Shown here: positions 56,673-64,000 of the stretch, piece after piece
How positions within the stretch are numbered: the first letter of the stretch is position 1
Layout: each line of letters opens with the position of its first letter
DNA from: Candidatus Saccharimonadota bacterium
GTDB lineage: Bacteria > Patescibacteriota > Saccharimonadia > Saccharimonadales > Saccharimonadaceae
Assembly (NCBI GenBank): GCA_017652765.1
Contig: JAGCAJ010000008.1
Coordinates: forward strand, 9,230-73,229
Reading direction: 5' to 3'
Length of the DNA stretch: 64,000 bases
Notes under the pieces: generated by a model
What the model was told of the DNA's origin: nothing
Seen by the model: the letters and a program-made list of their open reading frames with translations, nothing else
Database searches by the model: none
Translations under genes and position numbers: made by a program

Positions 56673-56698
56673 ATATTTTGGCCTTTAATAATTTAGCG

Positions 56699-56721
56699 AA
56701 AAAGGCAGGTTTTCACCTGCC
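56699..56721 (-). terminator. Intrinsic terminator after the 26-aa ORF / dnaJ
   Basis: GGCAGGT-GAAA-ACCTGCC-TTTTT. Confidence 0.8.
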
Positions 56722-56728
56722 ACGCAGA

Positions 56729-56809
56729 TTATTTGTTATGTTTGCGCTTTTCGCTATGCTTGTGATTGTTGTTGCGATTTAATTTCGCGATACGTACTTT
56801 TTTGGTCAT
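56729..56809 (-). CDS. Unannotated 26-aa basic peptide (MTKKVRIAKLNRNNNHKHSEKRKHNK)
   Basis: TGT-TAGAAT 6 nt before ATG (same leaderless geometry as many genes here); followed by a terminator. Confidence 0.5.
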   Translation of the reverse strand: MTKKVRIAKLNRNNNHKHSEKRKHNK

Positions 56810-56827
56810 GAATATATTCTAACATAT

Positions 56828-57757
56828 TTAGCCAAAAATGCCATGCTTTTTGGCGTTCTTGAATTGCTCTAGGAGCTCACGTTGTTTGCGCGATAGGTTC
56901 TTTGGAGTTTCTACAATAATTGTAACAATGTGCGGACCACGATCGCCGTCGGCGCGGAAAGGTACGCCATGGCCAGAAAGCTTGAATGGAGTGCCGGACT
57001 GTGTGCCGGCTGGGACTTTCATGGTGACAGGGCCGTCGACGGTTTCTACTTCTACTTCACAGCCAAGAGCGGCGTCTACCATGCTAATCTTTTCTTCTGA
57101 GAGAATCAAGGTGCCTTCACGAGTGAGAGATTTGTGTGGCTTGACGCGGACGAGAACATATAGGTCGCCCTTTTCTGCACCTGGGATACCTTCTGGAGCT
57201 GGGCCACCACGGCCTTTAAGTCTGATACTCATACCGTCATCAATGCCGGCTGGGATTTTAACTTTTAGGGATTTGCCTTCAACGCTTAGTGACTTAGTCG
57301 TGCCAAAAATAGCTTCTTTGAAGTCGACTGTAACTTGGGTGCGATAATCTGCTCCGCGAGCTTGGCGTCTACGTCCAGCGCCACCAAAACCAAATAGATT
57401 ACCAAGAATATCGTCTAGGCCACCGCCACCAAAATCGAAGTGGAATTCCTGACCATTGAAATTAAAGTTACCGCCCTGGCCAAATGGATTGCCTCCGCCG
57501 AATGGATTGCCATAAGCTCCGCCACTAGCGCCATTCACGCCGGCATGGCCAAATTGATCATAGCGGGCACGTTTTTGTTTGTCGGAAAGAACTTCGTGAG
57601 CCTCGGAAATTTCCTTAAATTTTTCTTCGGCTTCTTTGTCGCCGGGGTTTTTGTCAGGATGGTATTTAACGGCGAGCTTTCTATAAGCTTTTTTAATCTC
57701 GTCATCAGATGCGTTTTTTGATACGCCTAGAACCTCATAATAGTCACGTTTTGTCAT
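56828..57757 (-). CDS. dnaJ: DnaJ-family co-chaperone lacking the zinc finger
   Basis: [17 protein letters not shown]-rich region, [14 protein letters not shown]; no CxxCxGxG repeats; CIRCE upstream. Confidence 0.92.
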   Translation of the reverse strand: MTKRDYYEVLGVSKNASDDEIKKAYRKLAVKYHPDKNPGDKEAEEKFKEISEAHEVLSDKQKRARYDQFGHAGVNGASGGAYGNPFGGGNPFGQGGNFNFNGQEFHFDFGGGGLDDILGNLFGFGGAGRRRQARGADYRTQVTVDFKEAIFGTTKSLSVEGKSLKVKIPAGIDDGMSIRLKGRGGPAPEGIPGAEKGDLYVLVRVKPHKSLTREGTLILSEEKISMVDAALGCEVEVETVDGPVTMKVPAGTQSGTPFKLSGHGVPFRADGDRGPHIVTIIVETPKNLSRKQRELLEQFKNAKKHGIFG

Positions 57758-57775
57758 ATATATTATTATATATAA

Positions 57776-57802
57776 TTAGCACTCAAAATGCAAGAGTGCT
57801 AA
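57776..57802 (-). promoter_or_regulatory. CIRCE operator of dnaJ
   Basis: TTAGCACTC-AAAATGCAA-GAGTGCTAA, perfect consensus. Confidence 0.95.
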
Positions 57803-57849
57803 TAGCTCGTGTGATATACTTAGGGTAATCACCATAGGAAAGGAACGAA

Positions 57850-58724
57850 ATGGCAAAAGTTTATTTTACGAAAGAGATTACACCGGAAAGTCTAGACCGG
57901 ATTTATAAGGCGCTGGGCGTTTCCCTTCCTGGAAAAATTGGTGTAAAAGTTTCTACGGGCGAAGCGGGAGCAAAAGGATATCTAAAAGCCGACTTGATTG
58001 GGCCGTTTGTAAAATCATTGAACGGCACAATTCTAGAATGTAATACTGCCTATCCTGGAGAAAGAACTAGCACTAAGGCGCACAGAAAAGTGGCGGAGGA
58101 CCATGGATTTTCTAGCTTTGCGGAAGTAGACATTATGGATGAGCACGGAGATAAGAAGATTCCTGTGCGCAACGGGAAACACTTGAAGTTTGATTTGATT
58201 GGAAAAAATTTTGATAACTATGATTCTTATGTAAATCTAGCACATGCAAAGGGTCATGTGATGGGTGGATTTGGAGCAAACCTAAAAAATCAGTCGATCG
58301 GAATCGCGTCGAGGCATGGCAAAGCTTATATTCATTCGGCGGGACACACAAAAAGTCCGCTACTATGCTGGCGCGATAAGCATGAGCAAATTGATTTTAT
58401 CGAGTCGATGGCAGAAGCTGCAACAGCGGTGGCGGATTATATTAAAGAGCAAGGCAAGCAGATAGTATATATTACAGTAATGAATGCGATTCTGAACAAG
58501 GTGACCCAGTAATGCCAGATCTCGGAATAGTGGCTTCACTTGACCCGGTGGCGAATGACCAAGCGTTTATTGATATGGTATGGAAATTCAAAGAAGAAAA
58601 TCCGGAACATGAGGGAGTGAAGGCATTAATAGAGAGGATAGATAGTAGATTGGGGCGAGAAATTCTGCCATATGCAGAGAGTCTAGGGCTGGGAAACCGT
58701 GAGTATGAGCTGGTGGAAATATAG
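57850..58724 (+). pseudogene. DUF362 family Fe-S protein, frameshifted (ORFs 57850..58512 and 58512..58724)
   Basis: KVSTGE, ECNTAY, HAKGH..GGFGANLKN in part 1; GIVASLDPVANDQA in part 2; alternate frame reads EQGDPVMPDL across the junction. Confidence 0.7.
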
Positions 58725-58785
58725 TCAAAATCTGGTATAATTGGGAAAAGTTTTGCTTTGGCTCTTTAGAGAGGAGGGGTGCGTT

Positions 58786-58923
58786 ATGCAAAGAAATGAT
58801 AGCAAACCAAAAACCGACCGACAAACAAGAGAATTCATAAAAGCCCGAGAAGAAGCGGACGCAAAAGCCAGAACACATCTACTCCAAATGATTAATGAGT
58901 GGTTCAAAGCGAGACACTACTAG
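58786..58923 (+). CDS. 45-aa small helical protein (MQRNDSKPK...EWFKARHY)
   Basis: SD AGGAGG, TGG-TATAAT upstream, terminator downstream; ORF-track start at 58741 is upstream of the SD. Confidence 0.6.
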   Translation: MQRNDSKPKTDRQTREFIKAREEADAKARTHLLQMINEWFKARHY

Positions 58924-58945
58924 GCCATGTCATTAATCCCCTATG

Positions 58946-58972
58946 GGCCAGATTAGATAATCTGGCCTTTTT
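58946..58972 (+). repeat. 27-bp palindromic direct repeat, copy 1 (terminator-like)
   Basis: GGCCAGATTA-GA-TAATCTGGCC-TTTTT, identical to 59919-59945. Confidence 0.9.
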
Positions 58973-59050
58973 CTTGCTTATTATAATATTTGTGGTATAA
59001 TTTCTTGTGGACGGGGTATCCCGTAGAACTTTTACAGGAGGTATAGGTAT

Positions 59051-59875
59051 ATGAAAGTTGAAAGTTTTGAATCAAAACGAGCGTTTCATGCGATGCAAGC
59101 TGCGCAAAAAGTAATGCAGGAGTCGCAAGACAGGATGATGACCGCGCAACACAAGACGACGGAAATCTATCATGAGATTGGCGACCTGCAGGCTGATTTT
59201 GACAAAGCAAAACTTGCAAAGGACGCGGAGTGGGCGGAGTTCATGGAAAAACTTGAGTCCGCAAAACTGCAGATTGGTGAGAAAATTAATGCAATTACTA
59301 TCTGTAACCAGAAGGAAGAGGAATTTAAAAAACTCTCCGAAGACAAAGAATTACCAGAGGAGCACCGCGCAATTTATGCAGAAGGAATGAGATTTTTCTC
59401 AAAATTAGTATCTCAGAAGATGTTAGAGCGTGATGATTTAATCACGAAAAAGCGTCAGATGGTGGCTCCGGATATGTCGAAGCTAACAGAGATGAAGGAG
59501 ACGCTAAAACGACTCCGCGAGGAGCAAGACGAGCTATTAGAGCAATATCACGAAGCAAAAAGTGATTTTGGACTAAGAAAGGCCAGTTTTGACCGTGCAA
59601 AAGCGAAGTATGACGCTCTAAGAAATCCTGATTCTAGCCAGAATGTAAATGCTTTTAGTTCCCGTCCTCAGAGGATGGAGCTTGATACGAGCCTGCTGAC
59701 ACTTGCAAAGATTCCAAAAGAATATTGGACGAATTGCACGATGGAACGCAGAGCCGATGGGAAGGTTGATATCTATTATGGCGGAGCCGAAGGCATCCGT
59801 CATGGACATGCTATTATCGCTGGAAACAGCGTAGAATTCTCTAGGAAGCCGGAAAAGGTTTCGAAAAACGCTTAA
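59051..59875 (+). CDS. Hypothetical coiled-coil protein with small C-terminal domain (DIYYGG...HGH)
   Basis: 274-aa ORF, heptad-rich, SD ACAGGAGGT. Confidence 0.8.
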   Translation: MKVESFESKRAFHAMQAAQKVMQESQDRMMTAQHKTTEIYHEIGDLQADFDKAKLAKDAEWAEFMEKLESAKLQIGEKINAITICNQKEEEFKKLSEDKELPEEHRAIYAEGMRFFSKLVSQKMLERDDLITKKRQMVAPDMSKLTEMKETLKRLREEQDELLEQYHEAKSDFGLRKASFDRAKAKYDALRNPDSSQNVNAFSSRPQRMELDTSLLTLAKIPKEYWTNCTMERRADGKVDIYYGGAEGIRHGHAIIAGNSVEFSRKPEKVSKNA

Positions 59876-59918
59876 ATCTTTTAATTCTAAATCTATAATT
59901 TATACTTCTACTATGTTA

Positions 59919-59945
59919 GGCCAGATTAGATAATCTGGCCTTTTT
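59919..59945 (+). repeat. 27-bp palindromic direct repeat, copy 2 (terminator-like)
   Basis: Identical to 58946-58972. Confidence 0.9.
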
Positions 59946-59979
59946 TATGTTATAATTATAGATAAATAAGGAGTTTTTG

Positions 59980-61239
59980 ATGGAAAATAAATTAATTCTG
60001 ATTACAAACCCAGGAAGTTCTAGCCGTAAATACGCACTCTATAAGGGTAATGATGAAATCTGTTCGTTGCACTTTGAGTATGAAGGCAAAGACGTAATTT
60101 GCACACTTAAAAAAGCCGATGGAAGCAAAAAAGTCCTAAAGCAAGATTTTAAGGAGCTAACTTCTACTGTAGCTAACATTAATCGTATCTTGACCGAAGA
60201 GGGGATTTTGGGTGGAATGGCTAAGATTGATGCCATCCTAGCTCGTGTAGCTTGCCCTGGCGAATTCTTTACCCAGGATCACGTAGTAGACGAAGCGTAT
60301 CTAAAGGCGCTAGACAAAGCCAAAAAACGCGCACCGCTACATGTGCCAGTAGTAGCGGCAGAAATCGAGCACTTGGTAAAGAGCTTTAAGGGAACTCCAG
60401 TTATTGCAATTTCTGATTCTTCTTTCCATGCTGATAGGCCAGATTTAATGAAATATTATGCATTCGATACAGAGCTAGCTGATAAGGCCGACGTAAAACG
60501 CTTTGGCTATCACGGCTTGTCCGTAGGCGCGATTGTACAATATATGAAAAAACAAGATATCTTGCCGCAGAAGCTGATCGTATGTCACTTAGGATCTGGC
60601 TCCTCTATTACGGCGGTGTTCGAAGGTAAATCACTAGATACAACGATGGGCTATTCCCCGCTCGAAGGTCTAATGATGGCGACAAGATGCGGTAATATTG
60701 ATCCAGCCGCCGCGCTCGCAATTAAGCACTATCTAAAGTTTGAGAGCGACGAAGGAATTGAAAAGTATCTCAACAAAGAAGCTGGACTAAAGGGTGTATC
60801 TGGACAGACCGATGATATGCGTGAGATTTTAAGACTGCGCGACGAGGGCGACAAGCGCGGAACATTTGCGCACGCAATGTATGTCTATAAGGTTCAAAGT
60901 TTAATCGGCCAAATGGCAGCAAGCCTTGGTGGGGTAGACGCTATTGTATTTACTGCGACGATTGGCGAGCGTTCCGACGAAATACGTCGCACGGTCTCTC
61001 AGAAATTAAATTACCTCGGATTTGCAATTGATGAGAAAAAGAACGTGGCAGATATGCCAGAGCGCCATACTAATATTGGGGCAGAAGGCAGTAAGCCGGT
61101 CTGGGTAATTCGCACAGATGAAAGCGAAGAAATGATTAGGCGTGCTGGCGCGATTCTTGATACTAACAAAGACGGCGAAGTCTCTCAGAACGAGCTAGAC
61201 ACAGCCGCAGAGAAAAATCGTGTCACAAAGAAAAAATAA
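59980..61239 (+). CDS. ackA: Acetate kinase
   Basis: NPGSSSRKY, APLHVP, RFGYHGLS, CHLGSGSS, DTTMGYSPLEGLMMATRCG, FTATIGE. Confidence 0.96.
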   Translation: MENKLILITNPGSSSRKYALYKGNDEICSLHFEYEGKDVICTLKKADGSKKVLKQDFKELTSTVANINRILTEEGILGGMAKIDAILARVACPGEFFTQDHVVDEAYLKALDKAKKRAPLHVPVVAAEIEHLVKSFKGTPVIAISDSSFHADRPDLMKYYAFDTELADKADVKRFGYHGLSVGAIVQYMKKQDILPQKLIVCHLGSGSSITAVFEGKSLDTTMGYSPLEGLMMATRCGNIDPAAALAIKHYLKFESDEGIEKYLNKEAGLKGVSGQTDDMREILRLRDEGDKRGTFAHAMYVYKVQSLIGQMAASLGGVDAIVFTATIGERSDEIRRTVSQKLNYLGFAIDEKKNVADMPERHTNIGAEGSKPVWVIRTDESEEMIRRAGAILDTNKDGEVSQNELDTAAEKNRVTKKK

Positions 61240-61870
61240 TTCTTCTAGGCAAGAGTATTTACAGCAGGTCTCAGATAACGAGACCGCTGTAATTTTGTCG
61301 GAACTACGCAATGCATTGTCGCGAGATGTGAGTGGCGATATTGTAGAATTTGGATGTTATCGGGGCGATACTTCCCTGCTAATGGAGCGCGTCCTAGAGC
61401 GGGAATTTCCTAAAAGCCAGTCCCGACTTTGGATCTATGATTCTTTTGAGGGGCTACCGGCACGAACACGCGAGGACGCATCGGTGGCGGGAGATAATTT
61501 CCGCGCTGGCGAATTACTCGTGACAAAGCGCGAAGTAGTAGAGAGGTTCAAAAAAGCAGGACTACGCGTACCGAGAATACGTAAAGGATTTTTTGAAAAT
61601 TTAAGCAATAGTGATTTGCCAGAAGAAATTGCTTTTGCTTTTCTGGACGGAGATTTGTATCAGTCAATTAAAACGAGCCTGGAATTAGTGGCGCCAAGAA
61701 TGAACAATGCTGGCGTAATATTAATACACGACTATAATAATCCGCAACTGCCGGGGGCAGCACGAGCGATTGATGAGTGGATGGCTGGCGGATGGTGCGC
61801 CTGGTCGGCGCAACAAAAAACGGCGCCGAAATTACAGCGCCGTGAAACTCTAGCAATTATTTCTTGGTAG
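61220..61870 (+). CDS. TylF/MycF/NovP family O-methyltransferase
   Basis: GDIVEFGCYRG, YDSFEGLP, KGFF, AFLDGDLYQS, IHDY. Confidence 0.88.
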   Translation: MSQRKNNSSRQEYLQQVSDNETAVILSELRNALSRDVSGDIVEFGCYRGDTSLLMERVLEREFPKSQSRLWIYDSFEGLPARTREDASVAGDNFRAGELLVTKREVVERFKKAGLRVPRIRKGFFENLSNSDLPEEIAFAFLDGDLYQSIKTSLELVAPRMNNAGVILIHDYNNPQLPGAARAIDEWMAGGWCAWSAQQKTAPKLQRRETLAIISW

Positions 61871-62540
61871 ATTTTTTGGTGGTCTTAGTGGATTTTTTTG
61901 TCTCGGATTTTTTGGCGGAATCTTTGACGACCTTAGCTTCTTTTGCGACTGGCTTACCACCGTTAACTAGGCGAACGTGATATTCTGCAAGCGTAGTCTG
62001 GACATATGGAACGACCCAAATAGATGCGATACCAAGAGTAATACCACAAAGAAGATACCACGGAATAAAGGAAAGACCGAGGACGAAATACTCCCATTTG
62101 TGACCTTCCATCATTTCCATGGATTGTTTCTGAGCTTCGCCGGGGTCTAGCTTGTCATCTTCGGCGAGAAGGTAGAACATCTGGGAATAAGAGATGCTTT
62201 TAATGATACCTGGGATCCAGAAGAGTAAACTCCAGAGGAAAGTAAAGACCACTAGGCGGATATAGGCAACAAAAGTGCGCAAGAAATTGTCGTCCTTAAA
62301 ACCGACGAGCAAATCTTCTACTTTTGGAACGCGAGATTTGTTAGTGATGCCAAGGTAAATAAATACCTGTGCAAAGGCGATTGGGCCAGAAATAAGAAGA
62401 GTAGCGATACCACCAACTGGGCCTAAAATAAAGCTAATAGCGCCCGACGCTACGCTAATAATAAGTGTAATTGCCAAGAGGATAAGAATCTTACCTTTGA
62501 TTTGCTCCTTGGCGTGAGCTTTCATACTAGCACGATCCAT
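61857..62540 (-). CDS. DUF975 family membrane protein
   Basis: WSLLFWIPGIIKSISYSQ, SMEMMEGHKW, LSFIPW. Confidence 0.88.
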   Translation of the reverse strand: MDRASMKAHAKEQIKGKILILLAITLIISVASGAISFILGPVGGIATLLISGPIAFAQVFIYLGITNKSRVPKVEDLLVGFKDDNFLRTFVAYIRLVVFTFLWSLLFWIPGIIKSISYSQMFYLLAEDDKLDPGEAQKQSMEMMEGHKWEYFVLGLSFIPWYLLCGITLGIASIWVVPYVQTTLAEYHVRLVNGGKPVAKEAKVVKDSAKKSETKKSTKTTKKSTKK

Positions 62541-62586
62541 GCCAAACTCCTTAAATATTATTTAATTATATGATAACATATTAGAT

Positions 62587-63150
62587 ATGAAAGTGATAAT
62601 TTTACTTCTTAAAATTGCAATTGTAATAACTGGGTCAGTGCTTGCGGTATTGTATTTTATTCCAGGGACTGGATTTACAAAAATTTGGAGCTATCTAGCG
62701 ACGCTGGCATTGCCATTCGCGATGGATTTTGCGAGATTAATCGGAATCAAAGTATCTAAACGATTTGAACTGGCGTATTTATTATTTATTATTCCGGCAA
62801 TGGTGCTGGGAATTGATTTTGATGTATACAAGATTATTTATCCGTTTGACAAAATTGTACACACTCTATCTGGGACGTTGACGGCGTTTGGAGCAAGAGA
62901 AATTATCGACCAAGCGTCGGGGAAACCGGACCAAATGTGGTTTAAGGCGCTGTTTTCTATGGCGTTCGTGGCGTTCGTGGCGGCGATTTGGGAATGCTTT
63001 GAATTCTTAATGGACCAAGTAACGGGGACGAATATGCAGGAGCTAATTGCGCCGGGGATACAAGATACGATGTATGATATGATTGTGGCGCTAATTGGTG
63101 GGGCAATTGGAACGGTGCTAGCATTTCCGGTAGTACGAAAAAAGGCTTAA
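62587..63150 (+). CDS. Inner membrane protein (DUF2238/VanZ-like)
   Basis: FDKIVHTLSG, AIWECFEF, DTMYDMIVALIGG. Confidence 0.75.
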   Translation: MKVIILLLKIAIVITGSVLAVLYFIPGTGFTKIWSYLATLALPFAMDFARLIGIKVSKRFELAYLLFIIPAMVLGIDFDVYKIIYPFDKIVHTLSGTLTAFGAREIIDQASGKPDQMWFKALFSMAFVAFVAAIWECFEFLMDQVTGTNMQELIAPGIQDTMYDMIVALIGGAIGTVLAFPVVRKKA

Positions 63151-63172
63151 TTTTATTGATTTTACCCCTGTA

Positions 63173-63199
63173 TTAGCACTCTTGACATGGGAGTGCTAA
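63173..63199 (+). promoter_or_regulatory. CIRCE 1 of dnaK containing the -35 box
   Basis: TTAGCACTC-TTGACATGG-GAGTGCTAA, then TTTGC-TACAAT. Confidence 0.95.
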
Positions 63200-63221
63200 T
63201 TTGCTACAATGGGGATAAGAA

Positions 63222-63248
63222 TTAGCACTCAGTAAGCATGAGTGCTAA
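63222..63248 (+). promoter_or_regulatory. CIRCE 2 of dnaK (in the leader)
   Basis: TTAGCACTC-AGTAAGCAT-GAGTGCTAA. Confidence 0.95.
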
Positions 63249-63264
63249 ACGAAAGGAGTAACAC

Positions 63265-64000
63265 ATGAGTAAAATTATTGGTATTGACCTTGGTACAACC
63301 AACTCGGCATTTGCCTATATGGTGGCCGGAAAGCCAGAGGTAATCACGAACGCAGAGGGTGATAGAACTACCCCATCCGTAGTCGCCGTAACTAAGAAGG
63401 GCGAGAGATTAGTTGGTAAAGTTGCGCAACGTCAGCGTGTAACTAACCCAAAAAATACAATCTATGGTATCAAGCGTTTAATCGGGCGCAAGATTGATGA
63501 TAAAGAAGTCAAGCGTGATATGGATATTATGCCATATAAGATTGTGAAGAAGGGCAGTCAGGCTGCCGTAGAGATGGATGGCAAAACTTATACTCCTGAA
63601 GAAATTTCTGCGATGGTGCTTTCTAAAATTAAGGCTGATGCCGAAGCATTTCTAGGCGAGAAAGTAACCGAAGCTATTATTACGGTGCCAGCTTATTTTG
63701 ATGATTCTCAACGTCAAGCAACTAAGGACGCCGGCAAAATCGCTGGACTAGAAGTAAAGCGCATTATTAACGAGCCAACTGCCGCAGCGCTAGCTTATGG
63801 GCTTGAGTCCAAGAAAGACGAACAGATTGCGGTATTTGACCTTGGTGGTGGTACGTTTGATGTATCCATCCTAGAGCTTGGTGATGGTGTGTTTGAGGTA
63901 AAGTCCACTAACGGTGATACGCACCTAGGCGGTGAAGATTTTGATAACATCATCGTGAATTATCTTATTGACGAGTTCAAGAAAGAGAGTGGCGTAGATA
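63265..64000 (+). CDS. dnaK: Chaperone DnaK (partial, runs off the right edge)
   Basis: Manual translation [14 protein letters not shown]...[10 protein letters not shown]...[18 protein letters not shown]...[12 protein letters not shown]; SD AAGGAG. Confidence 0.98.
   Translation, partial: MSKIIGIDLGTTNSAFAYMVAGKPEVITNAEGDRTTPSVVAVTKKGERLVGKVAQRQRVTNPKNTIYGIKRLIGRKIDDKEVKRDMDIMPYKIVKKGSQAAVEMDGKTYTPEEISAMVLSKIKADAEAFLGEKVTEAIITVPAYFDDSQRQATKDAGKIAGLEVKRIINEPTAAALAYGLESKKDEQIAVFDLGGGTFDVSILELGDGVFEVKSTNGDTHLGGEDFDNIIVNYLIDEFKKESGVD

Noticed and set aside
1127-61856. Numerous 60-225 aa ORFs overlapping larger genes on the opposite strand or in other frames (e.g. 1350..1856, 6092..6691, 9753..10358, 12106..12783, 48984..49574, 55882..56496)
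   Set aside because: Shadow ORFs of well-supported genes; no independent start signals or recognisable motifs.

Overview
This window looks like compact chromosomal DNA from a Patescibacteria (CPR) bacterium, most likely a host-associated Saccharibacteria (TM7) lineage. That assignment is inferred from gene content and style, not from a database search. The housekeeping backbone comprises murB, tpiA, a HAD-type phosphomannomutase, tyrS, PBP1A, a split phosphoketolase, adk, grpE-hrcA-lepA-tilS, recA-NUDIX-recX, comEC, rimK, uraA, aspS, dsbA, uppP, yebC, rny, tsaE/tsaB, a PilB/GspE ATPase, a membrane-anchored Clp ATPase, dnaJ, ackA and dnaK (partial), plus six tRNAs. No rRNA, CRISPR array, transposase or integrase was seen. 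The non-annotated structure is the most interesting part. (1) A 29-bp imperfect inverted repeat brackets a 2.5-kb orphan two-gene cassette next to a sortase-type surface protein. (2) Three copies of one promoter/operator drive unrelated orphan cargo, including two unannotated small ORFs in mini-cassettes with shared ends. (3) A RimK + aspartic protease + second ATP-grasp + 44-aa peptide cluster is joined by a symmetric divergent promoter. (4) About 26 genes have a -10 box 6-10 nt before ATG (leaderless-type mRNAs). (5) CIRCE operators carry the -35 box inside their spacer. (6) There is a candidate 6S-like RNA. (7) One gene is flanked by a 27-bp palindromic direct repeat. Several ORF-track starts were moved downstream to the ATG supported by promoter or SD context.
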